Positions 1 through 8,211 of a stretch of DNA of 56,100 nt are shown in pieces. This stretch comes from Promethearchaeota archaeon (GTDB lineage Archaea > Asgardarchaeota > Lokiarchaeia > Sigyniarchaeales > SOKP01). How positions within the stretch are numbered: position 1 is the stretch's first letter; the number at the start of each line of letters is the position of its first letter. The stretch spans positions 1 to 56,100 of the forward strand of contig JABXKB010000001.1 in assembly GCA_013375485.1 (NCBI GenBank), read 5' to 3'. A model generated the notes under the pieces. That model searched no databases, was not told the origin of the DNA, and saw only the letters and a list, made by a program, of their open reading frames with translations. The position numbers and the translations under genes were made by a program.

Positions 1-35
1 ATGAAAACGAGTTTTTTACTAGTCATGTCACTCAA

Positions 36-518
36 ATGGCACACTTATTTAAAGAAAGCCCCAATGCATTAGAAATTAACTCACAACCTGCTTTTGCTGC
101 TAAAACACTACCCGATGGCAAAAGATTATTTAGAAGAAAACATGGGTTTAATATTACAGTAGATGCAAATGGTAACAATGAACTCGTTCTCACAGTTCCA
201 TATGCCGCAGCAAAAATTAATGAATTGGAGTTAGTTAATTGCGAAGCGGGTGATAAAGTTGACTTTATGGTTTATGATTCTGAGCAAGGTTTGTATCAAA
301 TAAATATATTGGGAATGCCAGCAGAACAAGTAAATCCAAACCTCATGTTAAATCAATTTGGTTTTGGAGTTTATTTGCCAGACGGTGCATATAAAGATAT
401 TTCTAAATATGATGCTGATGTTTACGGAACCATGCGACTAAAGATAAAATATTACAATAACTCCGCTATTCAAAGAACAATTTATGGAAATATTGTTTAC
501 CATGAGGTGAAAGAATAA
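36..518 (+). CDS. hypothetical protein, possibly 5'-truncated at window edge
   Basis: 160-aa ORF; frame stays open back to nt 3 and no SD precedes ATG 36, so the true start may lie upstream of the window. Confidence 0.55.
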   Translation: MAHLFKESPNALEINSQPAFAAKTLPDGKRLFRRKHGFNITVDANGNNELVLTVPYAAAKINELELVNCEAGDKVDFMVYDSEQGLYQINILGMPAEQVNPNLMLNQFGFGVYLPDGAYKDISKYDADVYGTMRLKIKYYNNSAIQRTIYGNIVYHEVKE

Positions 519-520
519 CT

Positions 521-1009
521 ATGAAACCAGGAAATATTTTAGCCTTTAAAATAAACAACAATACCACCAACTTTTTCTCTAAAGCCATTAGTTTAATTTC
601 TCGCTTTACAGTTGGTAATTGGCTTCCAAACAATGATTCATATAGTCATGTATCTATATTGGCAGAAGAGTTAGATATGCATTATGAACTAACATGGCCT
701 CGTGGCGGTAAAAATCGTATAAAGTGGGATAAATATGACGTATATCAAGTTGTACACAATGATTTAACTAATGAAAAACGACAACAAATACTTGAATTTT
801 GTCGTACAAAGGCACACAAATACAGATATGATTGGTTGTGTATAATAACTTTTGGTCTTTTACGTCTATCTAATAATGCAAGCGTTTGTTCTAGATTTGT
901 AGGTGATGCCTACGCAGCAGTAGGCATCAATTTACGTAAAAAATCAGAAAAATTACTCTCTCCTAATGAGATAGCACATAATCCCAATGTTAAGATAAAA
1001 AAAATATAG
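521..1009 (+). CDS. permuted papain-fold (NlpC/P60- or YiiX-like) hydrolase, candidate cell-wall amidase
   Basis: His-then-Cys arrangement (YSHVSIL ... VCSRFVGDAY); starts 3 nt after preceding stop; motif recall only. Confidence 0.4.
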   Translation: MKPGNILAFKINNNTTNFFSKAISLISRFTVGNWLPNNDSYSHVSILAEELDMHYELTWPRGGKNRIKWDKYDVYQVVHNDLTNEKRQQILEFCRTKAHKYRYDWLCIITFGLLRLSNNASVCSRFVGDAYAAVGINLRKKSEKLLSPNEIAHNPNVKIKKI

Positions 1010-1234
1010 TTATTTTTTACTGGCCTTAGATGGCTTATCTTTATTGGCCTTAGATAGTTTCTCTTTATTGGCTTTTATAAGCATATTTAACTCTTTAACT
1101 GCGCTAATAATTTCTATATTGCGTATACTTATTTTATTTGACTCTTCTTTTAATTCTTCCATTCGTTTTTTTAAAAAATCGAATTCTGTTGTTAACTCTT
1201 TAATCCTTTTGTCGATTATCTTTTCCACCCTCAC
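1010..1234 (-). CDS. small coiled-coil protein
   Basis: 74-aa charged heptad-like ORF with Lys-rich tail; the antisense plus ORF 1044..1241 is hydrophobic low-complexity. Confidence 0.45.
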   Translation of the reverse strand: MRVEKIIDKRIKELTTEFDFLKKRMEELKEESNKISIRNIEIISAVKELNMLIKANKEKLSKANKDKPSKASKK

Positions 1235-1409
1235 CTCCTAATTCTACGATTACATTGTTTAACTCGTGTATTGTTCCAGCTAACTGATCTAATCTAACAT
1301 CGATAGATTTGATACGTTCTACGCACCCGCCACGCTCCTCTACCAAATTAGTTATCTCTCTACCTAATCCCTTTACTCTTTTTTTTAGCATTTCTATTAC
1401 TTTTTTCAT
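1200..1409 (-). CDS. small coiled-coil protein
   Basis: ORF 1200..1460 trimmed to internal ATG at 1409 (MKKVIEMLKK...). Confidence 0.45.
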   Translation of the reverse strand: MKKVIEMLKKRVKGLGREITNLVEERGGCVERIKSIDVRLDQLAGTIHELNNVIVELGGEGGKDNRQKD

Positions 1410-1505
1410 ACCAATATTATACCTGTTTAGGTATTTTATATGGTATATTAAAGGTAACATGTCGGTAGTTTTAAGACTACTTCACTACGAAAGGAATTAG
1501 TGCAC

Positions 1506-1817
1506 ATGGCCACAAAACAAGATTTGATTTATGAAATAGTTAAAGAAAGTCAAGAAGAACTTAAAAAAATCCACGAGGAACAAGTTCGTCAAGGTATTCA
1601 CATTGCTCAAAATACAAAAGACTTAGAGCATCATATCAAAAGAAGTGATCAATTTGAAGAAGATTTAAAACTACATAGAAATAATGATTTACGCCATAAA
1701 AATCCCCTTACAGTTAAGGGTTTATTTGTAAAATCAATATGGTTTTTTGGTGGAATAGGTACAATAATAGGTGCTATGTACGCATTATTAAAACTTTTAG
1801 AAACAATAAAACAATAA
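1506..1817 (+). CDS. tail-anchored membrane protein (single C-terminal TM; holin-like candidate)
   Basis: ATG 1506 preceded by AAAGGAA; charged N-terminal part, C-terminal TM SIWFFGGIGTIIGAMYALL. Confidence 0.5.
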   Translation: MATKQDLIYEIVKESQEELKKIHEEQVRQGIHIAQNTKDLEHHIKRSDQFEEDLKLHRNNDLRHKNPLTVKGLFVKSIWFFGGIGTIIGAMYALLKLLETIKQ

Positions 1818-1868
1818 TATTTTTTGGTTGTCACGGTCATATCCGTGCCTCAATGAAAGGAGACTTTT

Positions 1869-2504
1869 ATGAGTCAACACAAAGCTACGTTAAGGAAATC
1901 GTTAAGATCAGCCTTAAAACACAAAAATCTTGCAGATAAAATCATAGATGATATTTATGCTGTACAAACTAAATTTAATGCTGCAATGGATAAAATCGAC
2001 GCAGATGATTCTTCTGCATTAGATATTGATTATGCTTCTACAATAGCCGTATCTATTTCAGAATATGATGCTGCTGGCGTTGGACAGCATAAAGCTGACA
2101 TGAGAAAAACTCTTAGATCGGCTCTTTCACATAAAAAATTGGCAGATGAAATTGTTGATTCTATTGAAGAGTTGCAAGCTACTTTGAGTGCTCTTATGGT
2201 TAAACTTGATGCGGATGCAGGTACGCTATCTGGCACTAATGTCGCTACTTTTGGATTAAGTGAAATGGGTGCTGATTCGGTTGGCTCAGACGCACAACAT
2301 AAAGCATCTTTTAGAAAATCATTGAGATCAGCTCTTTCTCATAAAAGATTAGCAGATCAAATTATCGATGCAATTGAAGGTATTCAGGGAGCTATAAATT
2401 CAGCTCTTGCTCAATTAGACATTGACGGTCCTGGTGCAACTGGCGCATTGGTTGGCCTTTATACGCCATTTAAAGTAACTGCCATTGACCCTGATTCAGA
2501 ATAA
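1869..2504 (+). CDS. protein with three internal ~70-aa repeats (possible virion/decoration protein)
   Basis: three copies of QHKAxxRKxLRSALxHKxLADxIxDxI... at about aa 3, 73 and 152; SD AAAGGAG upstream. Confidence 0.7.
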   Translation: MSQHKATLRKSLRSALKHKNLADKIIDDIYAVQTKFNAAMDKIDADDSSALDIDYASTIAVSISEYDAAGVGQHKADMRKTLRSALSHKKLADEIVDSIEELQATLSALMVKLDADAGTLSGTNVATFGLSEMGADSVGSDAQHKASFRKSLRSALSHKRLADQIIDAIEGIQGAINSALAQLDIDGPGATGALVGLYTPFKVTAIDPDSE

Positions 2505-2514
2505 GGAGTAATAT

Positions 2515-2694
2515 ATGGGACGTAAAGATAATATAAAAAGATTAAAAGAATTAACTGAAAAACTAGCTAAAAAGAAAAAAGTTAAAAAGTCAGTTAAAAA
2601 GAAAAAAGTAGATGCCGATATAAACAAAGATGGAAAAGTCGACGAAAAAGATATTGAAATCGTTAAAAAACAGGCCAAGAAAAAGAAATCTTAA
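2515..2694 (+). CDS. 59-aa lysine-rich protein with EF-hand/dockerin-like calcium-binding loop
   Basis: SD AAGGAG at 2503-2508; loop DINKDGKVDEKD fits DxNxDGxVDxxD; below the 60-aa ORF-track cutoff. Confidence 0.5.
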   Translation: MGRKDNIKRLKELTEKLAKKKKVKKSVKKKKVDADINKDGKVDEKDIEIVKKQAKKKKS

Positions 2695-2714
2695 TCTTAA
2701 AATTAATTAGTAAT

Positions 2715-2745
2715 AAAAGGACCACTTATAGTGGTCCTTTTTTAT
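2715..2745. terminator. bidirectional rho-independent terminator at convergence of plus and minus blocks
   Basis: AAAAGGACCAC-TTATA-GTGGTCCTTTTTT; A-run before and T-run after a 7-bp GC-rich stem. Confidence 0.8.
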
Positions 2746-2897
2746 TTGTCTTCTTGATATTTTTCGATTAATTCGACCATTTGTTTATACAACTCTTCAG
2801 CATCTTCTGGTTTTAAATGCTTTGTAGTAATTGACTTCATCATTCGTTGTGGATGTACAAAAGAATTCAACAATTCAACTTTAACCTTCAATCTCAC
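2742..2897 (-). CDS. small hypothetical protein (51 aa, GTG start)
   Basis: GGAGG 6 nt upstream of GTG at 2897; open to TAA at 2742-2744. Confidence 0.3.
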   Translation of the reverse strand: MRLKVKVELLNSFVHPQRMMKSITTKHLKPEDAEELYKQMVELIEKYQEDK

Positions 2898-2956
2898 TAT
2901 TAGCCTCCGTTTTTATAATTCCAAAATCAAAGTGAAGCAGTGTCAGTGCTTTTATA

Positions 2957-3256
2957 TTAGTATAGATGATAACGATCTTCTTCTACCTGTATTCCCATTT
3001 TATATAATAAGACTTCCATTGCGGTTATATATGTTAACTGCAGTAGGCGTATTTCAGTCACCTTATGGTGATTTTCTGTTTTAGCTGTAGAAAAAAAGGA
3101 AACAGAGTGATCATTGTGAACAAACAAACGATCAGATTCACTTAGTGCCGTAATACACCATTTATCTTCACAGCTCACCGCTGGCCGTCTCCACACTTGA
3201 ATCTTATATGGACCTATTTTATTTGGGATTATATTCGACAAAAAACCATTATTCAT
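2957..3256 (-). CDS. hypothetical protein
   Basis: 99-aa ORF, start overlaps stop of upstream gene by 8 nt. Confidence 0.5.
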   Translation of the reverse strand: MNNGFLSNIIPNKIGPYKIQVWRRPAVSCEDKWCITALSESDRLFVHNDHSVSFFSTAKTENHHKVTEIRLLQLTYITAMEVLLYKMGIQVEEDRYHLY

Positions 3257-4010
3257 CTTCTATTGTTCCAGTTAATTCACAAATGGGCTTAGTAAAATAC
3301 AATCTATATGTTACAAACATTTCTATTGGTAACTTCATTGGCTTATCTTCATGATTTTTTACTACCACATTAAATCCATAGCCACCCCAATCCCCAAAGC
3401 CCGCTTTAACTTGAACTCCACCCCATCGAAAATAATGGTGCTTTAACGCAAGTTGTTGTGGCTTAGAAACCAACCAAAACTCTTTTCCTTCTTTCATAAT
3501 ACTCTTTAAAGTCTCAAATATTTTAACTGTATCTGTTCTATTACAATCAATGGATACAGCATTATTTTTATTTACTTTACGTATTGCGGTTTGACGTTCT
3601 TTCACCTCCCTGAGTTCCTTAATTGGATTATATTCGTCGCCATCACTATCCAATAAAAAGTGATCAGCTATATCTGGATCATGTTCATAATGCGTGAGTT
3701 CTGATTGACTTGCAATACAAGTTAAAACTTTACCTAACTTGCCATTGGCGCATATCGTTCTAACATATGGAACACCTATTGCATCAACATATTGAACTAC
3801 GTATTTTCTGGGTAAATTAATAGACTTACTGACCATAACAACTTTTCTACTTAAACGATCACCATATCCCGTTTTCTTAATTAAAATATCACCGATTGCA
3901 AAGTTTGTGTCTTTATTTTCTATTAACCACTTATAAACAGGGTTATCATTTTGTGTTGTTTTGATTTGTTTTTTGAATGCATCAGTTATTTCTGCTTGCC
4001 ACTTACTCAT
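3249..4010 (-). CDS. hypothetical protein, paralogue of 4007..4723
   Basis: shared segment IGDILIKK...YVVQYVD..GVPYVR...GKLG.. vs VGDTLIRY...YIVARND.GIVYVKK...GKLG; ATGA overlap with upstream gene. Confidence 0.7.
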   Translation of the reverse strand: MSKWQAEITDAFKKQIKTTQNDNPVYKWLIENKDTNFAIGDILIKKTGYGDRLSRKVVMVSKSINLPRKYVVQYVDAIGVPYVRTICANGKLGKVLTCIASQSELTHYEHDPDIADHFLLDSDGDEYNPIKELREVKERQTAIRKVNKNNAVSIDCNRTDTVKIFETLKSIMKEGKEFWLVSKPQQLALKHHYFRWGGVQVKAGFGDWGGYGFNVVVKNHEDKPMKLPIEMFVTYRLYFTKPICELTGTIEDE

Positions 4011-4723
4011 AGAACTTCCTCTGCTTTCTTGAAGGTCATTGGCTGTTCAATATACATAAAATAATTCGCCTCAGTAAAATGTCTTACATCTAACTTAACA
4101 CCATCTGTCGTTATCAAGCTATGTAAATAATAGATACGACTACTCCAACTACATACCTTTCCCTCTACTTTATATTTTTCTACTATATATTCATTAATTT
4201 TTTTGCCATCGCCAAATACATCTTCCCATACTTTAATTCCAGTTTTACAATTTGCCATCCATTTTTGGACTTCAACATCTTTCTTAAAGCGTAGTCTTGA
4301 TTTCTCGTTATATCTACGTAGTTTATCCACTATCTTATTGTGACGTTTACGCGCGTTACGCGGGTCAAATTCTGTACCCAGTAACACACTATCGATTTGT
4401 GCTGGATCTATTTGATACTCATAATTATCAAAGTCTTCAACCGCTATGGCCTCAATACCGGTGCCCAATTTGCCGCTTTTTAATATTTTTTTTACATATA
4501 CTATACCGTTGTCGTTACGTGCAACAATGTATCTTTCTGGTATTCCATCAATCTTAATAACCTTGTTGCTTCGCTTGTTGTAACGAATTAACGTATCGCC
4601 CACTTTAAAAAAACGTTGATACTCTATATTTTTGCCGACAGTAAAGGCAGTTTTTACGCTTTTCTTTGTTCTTGACAATCTTTCTAAACGTTCATCTGGT
4701 ATTTCTAAGTTTTTGAAATGCAT
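4007..4723 (-). CDS. hypothetical protein, paralogue of 3249..4010
   Basis: 238-aa ORF; SD AAGGAGGG upstream of ATG 4723. Confidence 0.7.
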   Translation of the reverse strand: MHFKNLEIPDERLERLSRTKKSVKTAFTVGKNIEYQRFFKVGDTLIRYNKRSNKVIKIDGIPERYIVARNDNGIVYVKKILKSGKLGTGIEAIAVEDFDNYEYQIDPAQIDSVLLGTEFDPRNARKRHNKIVDKLRRYNEKSRLRFKKDVEVQKWMANCKTGIKVWEDVFGDGKKINEYIVEKYKVEGKVCSWSSRIYYLHSLITTDGVKLDVRHFTEANYFMYIEQPMTFKKAEEVL

Positions 4724-4746
4724 GAATTTCCCTCCTTATTATTATT

Positions 4747-4779
4747 ATTATACAAAACAAAAATTAACGATAGTATAAT
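4747..4779. promoter_or_regulatory. divergent pair of TATAAT -10-like boxes
   Basis: minus-sense TTGTATAAT (4747-4755) upstream of ATG 4723; plus-sense GATAGTATAAT (TATAAT at 4774-4779) upstream of ATG 4808. Confidence 0.4.
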
Positions 4780-4807
4780 AGAGATGGTACGGTAAACAGG
4801 AGATACT

Positions 4808-4978
4808 ATGTTAAGAATTTTTAAATGTAGAAGAAGCTCGATAGCATTAATAGGTATCGCAATCTTAACTTTTCTTGGATATACAAAAGGATTAGATGTT
4901 TCTATGGCTATCTCAGGGATAGTTTTAGCCGTTGCTGGTTCTAATGCTTATGAAAAAAAGAATAAGGATGAATACTAA
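4808..4978 (+). CDS. small membrane protein (56 aa)
   Basis: SD CAGGAGA before ATG 4808; two hydrophobic segments (IALIGIAILTFLG, AISGIVLAVAG). Confidence 0.4.
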   Translation: MLRIFKCRRSSIALIGIAILTFLGYTKGLDVSMAISGIVLAVAGSNAYEKKNKDEY

Positions 4979-4979
4979 T

Positions 4980-5171
4980 TTATTCCATATTAGATATATC
5001 ATTATCTAACACTATAATGTGTTTTTCTTTAGTTAAGCGCACTTTATATCGCTTTATTTTAACTTTTTCTGTGACTGTGCCGCGAACTGGACATTTCCAT
5101 GTATATTCTGCTTCATATTCATAATCTAACCAATCTTCTAATTTTTTTTGACCCTTTTTCTTTCTCGCCAT
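4980..5171 (-). CDS. hypothetical protein
   Basis: 63-aa ORF directly downstream (2 nt) of 5173..5730. Confidence 0.5.
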   Translation of the reverse strand: MARKKKGQKKLEDWLDYEYEAEYTWKCPVRGTVTEKVKIKRYKVRLTKEKHIIVLDNDISNME

Positions 5172-5172
5172 T

Positions 5173-5730
5173 TTAACCTTCTTTGTATTGGTCTAACTCC
5201 AACCACTCCGTTTTTAATAATTCGTATATAGCCATTCTATATTGCTCTAACTGTTTTGGTAATTTTTTGCGCCTTATTAGCTCCATCCACGCCTGTAAAC
5301 TACCATGCATTATAACTTCATTATACTTATTGATTGGCGTAAGAGTCTGCGAAGTGAACCTATCACATCCATCCATTTCAAATCCTTTGGAATTTAATTC
5401 CAATGCATCATTGGTCTCTTTTATATATTCTGCAATCCTACGGTCATCCTCAGCAACCCCTGTATCAATCTCAGATACATCTGGGATATACGATTCTAAT
5501 TGTTTAGTTGAAGGTAGAGGCGTGATTTTAAGGTCAAATTGACTTAAAAAAATCTGTACAAAAAGTGGACATTTAATGATAAATGTTGCGTTTGCGATTT
5601 TTAGAAGTTCTTTATTTAAGCGAGTCTTAAAATAAATATCGGATACGTTTTTAATTGCGCGGCCGTTTAAATTAGCGCTTAATAAACCCACATAACCATG
5701 ATCTAATACATTAATTTTACTTAACAGCAT
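5173..5730 (-). CDS. ThyX-like protein lacking the RHR..S catalytic motif
   Basis: INVLDHGYVGLL, ATFIIKCPLFVQIFLSQFD (ThyX has FTFxVKAPIFVARQWxRHR), ESYIPD and the C-terminal helices resemble T. maritima ThyX; GGTATAAT box at 5753-5760. Confidence 0.6.
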   Translation of the reverse strand: MLLSKINVLDHGYVGLLSANLNGRAIKNVSDIYFKTRLNKELLKIANATFIIKCPLFVQIFLSQFDLKITPLPSTKQLESYIPDVSEIDTGVAEDDRRIAEYIKETNDALELNSKGFEMDGCDRFTSQTLTPINKYNEVIMHGSLQAWMELIRRKKLPKQLEQYRMAIYELLKTEWLELDQYKEG

Positions 5731-5759
5731 ACAATAATCCCTTTATGGAACTATTATAC

Positions 5760-6203
5760 CTATTTGTCTTCATCGTCTTCATCACTTAATAAAATATTAT
5801 CTATTGGATTGTCTACAATCTTTATTATTTCGTTTATTTGCTCTAAATCTCTTATTTTTTCTGCCCGTTCATCCATAATAATAATTTTTTTGTCAACTAT
5901 TTTCCACACTCGAATGAAATAATCCCGTAACTCAGCGTGCTCTTTTTTAGACAAATCTTTTCCTTTTATATAAAGCGAATTTCTTACAAAGTTAAGAGAA
6001 CCTCCACCCTCTTCTTGAAAAATTGTCCACTGTTGGTCTTGATATCGTACGCGATACGCCAATTTTGGTCCCACTTGGACACAAAAACTATTTAAGTGGG
6101 TATATCCAATATCGCGGCCATATTTAATTTCATTTAAGTTTATATTATTTATGTAGTTTTCGATAAACTTCAATATCTTTTTAGCAACTTTAATCTTCTT
6201 CAT
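5760..6203 (-). CDS. hypothetical protein with acidic C-terminus
   Basis: 147-aa ORF overlapping upstream gene by 14 nt. Confidence 0.6.
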   Translation of the reverse strand: MKKIKVAKKILKFIENYINNINLNEIKYGRDIGYTHLNSFCVQVGPKLAYRVRYQDQQWTIFQEEGGGSLNFVRNSLYIKGKDLSKKEHAELRDYFIRVWKIVDKKIIIMDERAEKIRDLEQINEIIKIVDNPIDNILLSDEDDEDK

Positions 6204-6654
6204 TGGCCCCCAATACTATATCGTTGATAGAATCATCAGTAATTCTTAAAATTTCTTCACACTTATTATATTCACTGCCATTATCTCTTTTCTCTTTTTG
6301 AGCACGATATGCTTCACGTATTTCATTGCTTGACTGTTCTATTTCTTTTATTAACTGTTTGCGTATTTTTGATGGTATATCTCTAAAGTGCACGCGGATT
6401 GTTTGTTTTTTGCAACAAAACCCATTTGCATTATAGGTTTCTTTTATTACATCAATCCAAGAATTACTCCAACTTAAGTATAATGCATTGCTTGAGTCAA
6501 GCCACCAACCAAACCAACGTGCTTTACCATATGAAAACTTAGTCAATATCTCTTTTTCTTTTTTATATTGTCGTACCATATAGTCTACTGTAGAGCGTAT
6601 TGTTTCTAATTGACGCTTAACTAAAGGTGTTATTTCTTTTCTTCGCCAGAACAT
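6190..6654 (-). CDS. hypothetical protein
   Basis: 154-aa ORF in co-oriented operon. Confidence 0.6.
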   Translation of the reverse strand: MFWRRKEITPLVKRQLETIRSTVDYMVRQYKKEKEILTKFSYGKARWFGWWLDSSNALYLSWSNSWIDVIKETYNANGFCCKKQTIRVHFRDIPSKIRKQLIKEIEQSSNEIREAYRAQKEKRDNGSEYNKCEEILRITDDSINDIVLGANEED

Positions 6655-6658
6655 ATAT

Positions 6659-6976
6659 TTACCTTTTAAAAACCACAGTATTTACGGCGCCCCTTAAATC
6701 CTCTTCGCTTAATGTTGAAATTTTATATGAATCATCGCGGTCAGAAATGGCATCTGCGCCATATAAATAGCGCTTATACGCACTAAAGGCTCGTCCCAAT
6801 GCCTTTATTAAACCAACTTTTTTCGCAAATTGATCTAATGGGTGGCATCTAGATTCGCCAACAAAAACCTGATTACCATTTACCAAAGCAACAACCGTCA
6901 TCTTTTTGTCCACATAATGCCTAATACACACTTTTTCAAAAATTATTTTTGCGGTATCTAAATTAATTGTCATCAT
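6659..6976 (-). CDS. hypothetical protein
   Basis: ORF 6659..7015 trimmed to ATGATG at 6976 preceded by AAGGGAAG; motif GESRCHPLDQFAKKVGLIKALGRA. Confidence 0.55.
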   Translation of the reverse strand: MMTINLDTAKIIFEKVCIRHYVDKKMTVVALVNGNQVFVGESRCHPLDQFAKKVGLIKALGRAFSAYKRYLYGADAISDRDDSYKISTLSEEDLRGAVNTVVFKR

Positions 6977-7400
6977 TCTTCCCTTCTTTTTCAACAAAGC
7001 GAAAATCTTCGTCATCTGTTACTTCATTAATTCCAGCTTTACATGTATATTCATCATTTAATACGATTCCCTCTATGACTTCATTCATTATAAGGTCTTC
7101 ATAGTTTGCCTCTATATAGTCAATTGTATTTCTATCTAAAAAGTTTAAACGCTTGCTTTTATCAGTTCCACATATCAATATCTTTGCGTGATGTTGATGC
7201 TCAAGGTACATACTGCCGACTTCATCTAACATTTCAGTAAACTCATATGGACCATGGAGCGTTCCACAAAGATACTTACATTTTTCTGGATCACCAGTAG
7301 CTACTGCAACCATAAACTGTTTATCACGTAGTTCATTAAGGTCCATAGTTTCAAATTCGCCAACAAAATTCTCGTCTTTATTAACCGGTAAATCACTCAT
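6963..7400 (-). CDS. acidic hypothetical protein
   Basis: 145-aa ORF; SD GAGGAG 8 nt before ATG 7400; first gene after motif copy 1. Confidence 0.6.
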   Translation of the reverse strand: MSDLPVNKDENFVGEFETMDLNELRDKQFMVAVATGDPEKCKYLCGTLHGPYEFTEMLDEVGSMYLEHQHHAKILICGTDKSKRLNFLDRNTIDYIEANYEDLIMNEVIEGIVLNDEYTCKAGINEVTDDEDFRFVEKEGKNDDN

Positions 7401-7433
7401 ACAAATCTCCTCAATTTAAAATATATTAATTTG

Positions 7434-7444
7434 TCGAATCGGTT
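7434..7444 (-). promoter_or_regulatory. AACCGATTCGAT-class intergenic motif, copy 1
   Basis: minus-sense CTGAAACCGATTCGACAAAT; 11 nt after stop of 7456..8190, 34 nt before ATG 7400. Confidence 0.55.
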
Positions 7445-7455
7445 TCAGTTAAAAG

Positions 7456-8190
7456 CTATCTCCCTAGCATTTTTAAGACCTTTTCTTCATCTCGTTCGTA
7501 AATATGCATGCTATGAGCTGTATGAGTATAATGTCCAACTTCTAAATCAGGATAAGCGTCCTTAAGTTCATCTATCATTTTATACATTAAACTGATAAAC
7601 CATGGAAGGTCATAAGTTAGTCCCAAAGTAAGGTCATTACTTCGCATGACGATGCTTAGATTAAGTTTATTATCACGAATCAAGAAGTTACCGCCAAGCG
7701 TACAAACAAAATCTTTATTGCCCATATAGTGATGTTCTGGCAGACTAAACCGTAAAAGTGCTTGACGTGTATCTTTGTCTGCTCTTAAAGATTCAACACA
7801 CCATTCCCATGGCGTACGTGACACTGCTTCGTAAGCGTCATTGCCCAAACTCTTCTTTTGCCAAATCAAATGACCATAGGCCGAGTTTACTGTTCCATCG
7901 GAATTAGCTATCTTATTCCAAAACTTAGAAGCCTTAGCAAACTCTTTGACATCGTTAGTGCACGAATTATATAGTTCAACCTCTTTTTTAGTATATTTTT
8001 CTATTATCTTATTGCGCTCTGCATCGCGTGTTATGATTGGGTCGGGTTTAGGATTTGTTACTCGAAATGTATAATCAGTAATCTCGCGCACAGCTTGACC
8101 GCGTGGTGATGCTTTGTATTCATAATTAAAATAAACATCTTCTAACGAACCTAGATACGCTTCGTGTAAAGTATCATAAACCTTCATCAC
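7456..8190 (-). CDS. thymidylate-synthase-fold deoxypyrimidine hydroxymethylase (T4 gp42-like)
   Basis: DFVCTLGGNFLIRDNKLNLSIVMRSNDLTLGLTYDLPWF and HSMHIYERD match recalled gp42 blocks; catalytic Cys present; Asp at the ThyA Asn177-equivalent position. Confidence 0.7.
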   Translation of the reverse strand: MMKVYDTLHEAYLGSLEDVYFNYEYKASPRGQAVREITDYTFRVTNPKPDPIITRDAERNKIIEKYTKKEVELYNSCTNDVKEFAKASKFWNKIANSDGTVNSAYGHLIWQKKSLGNDAYEAVSRTPWEWCVESLRADKDTRQALLRFSLPEHHYMGNKDFVCTLGGNFLIRDNKLNLSIVMRSNDLTLGLTYDLPWFISLMYKMIDELKDAYPDLEVGHYTHTAHSMHIYERDEEKVLKMLGR

Positions 8191-8211
8191 TATCTCCTTT
8201 AATCACAATTA

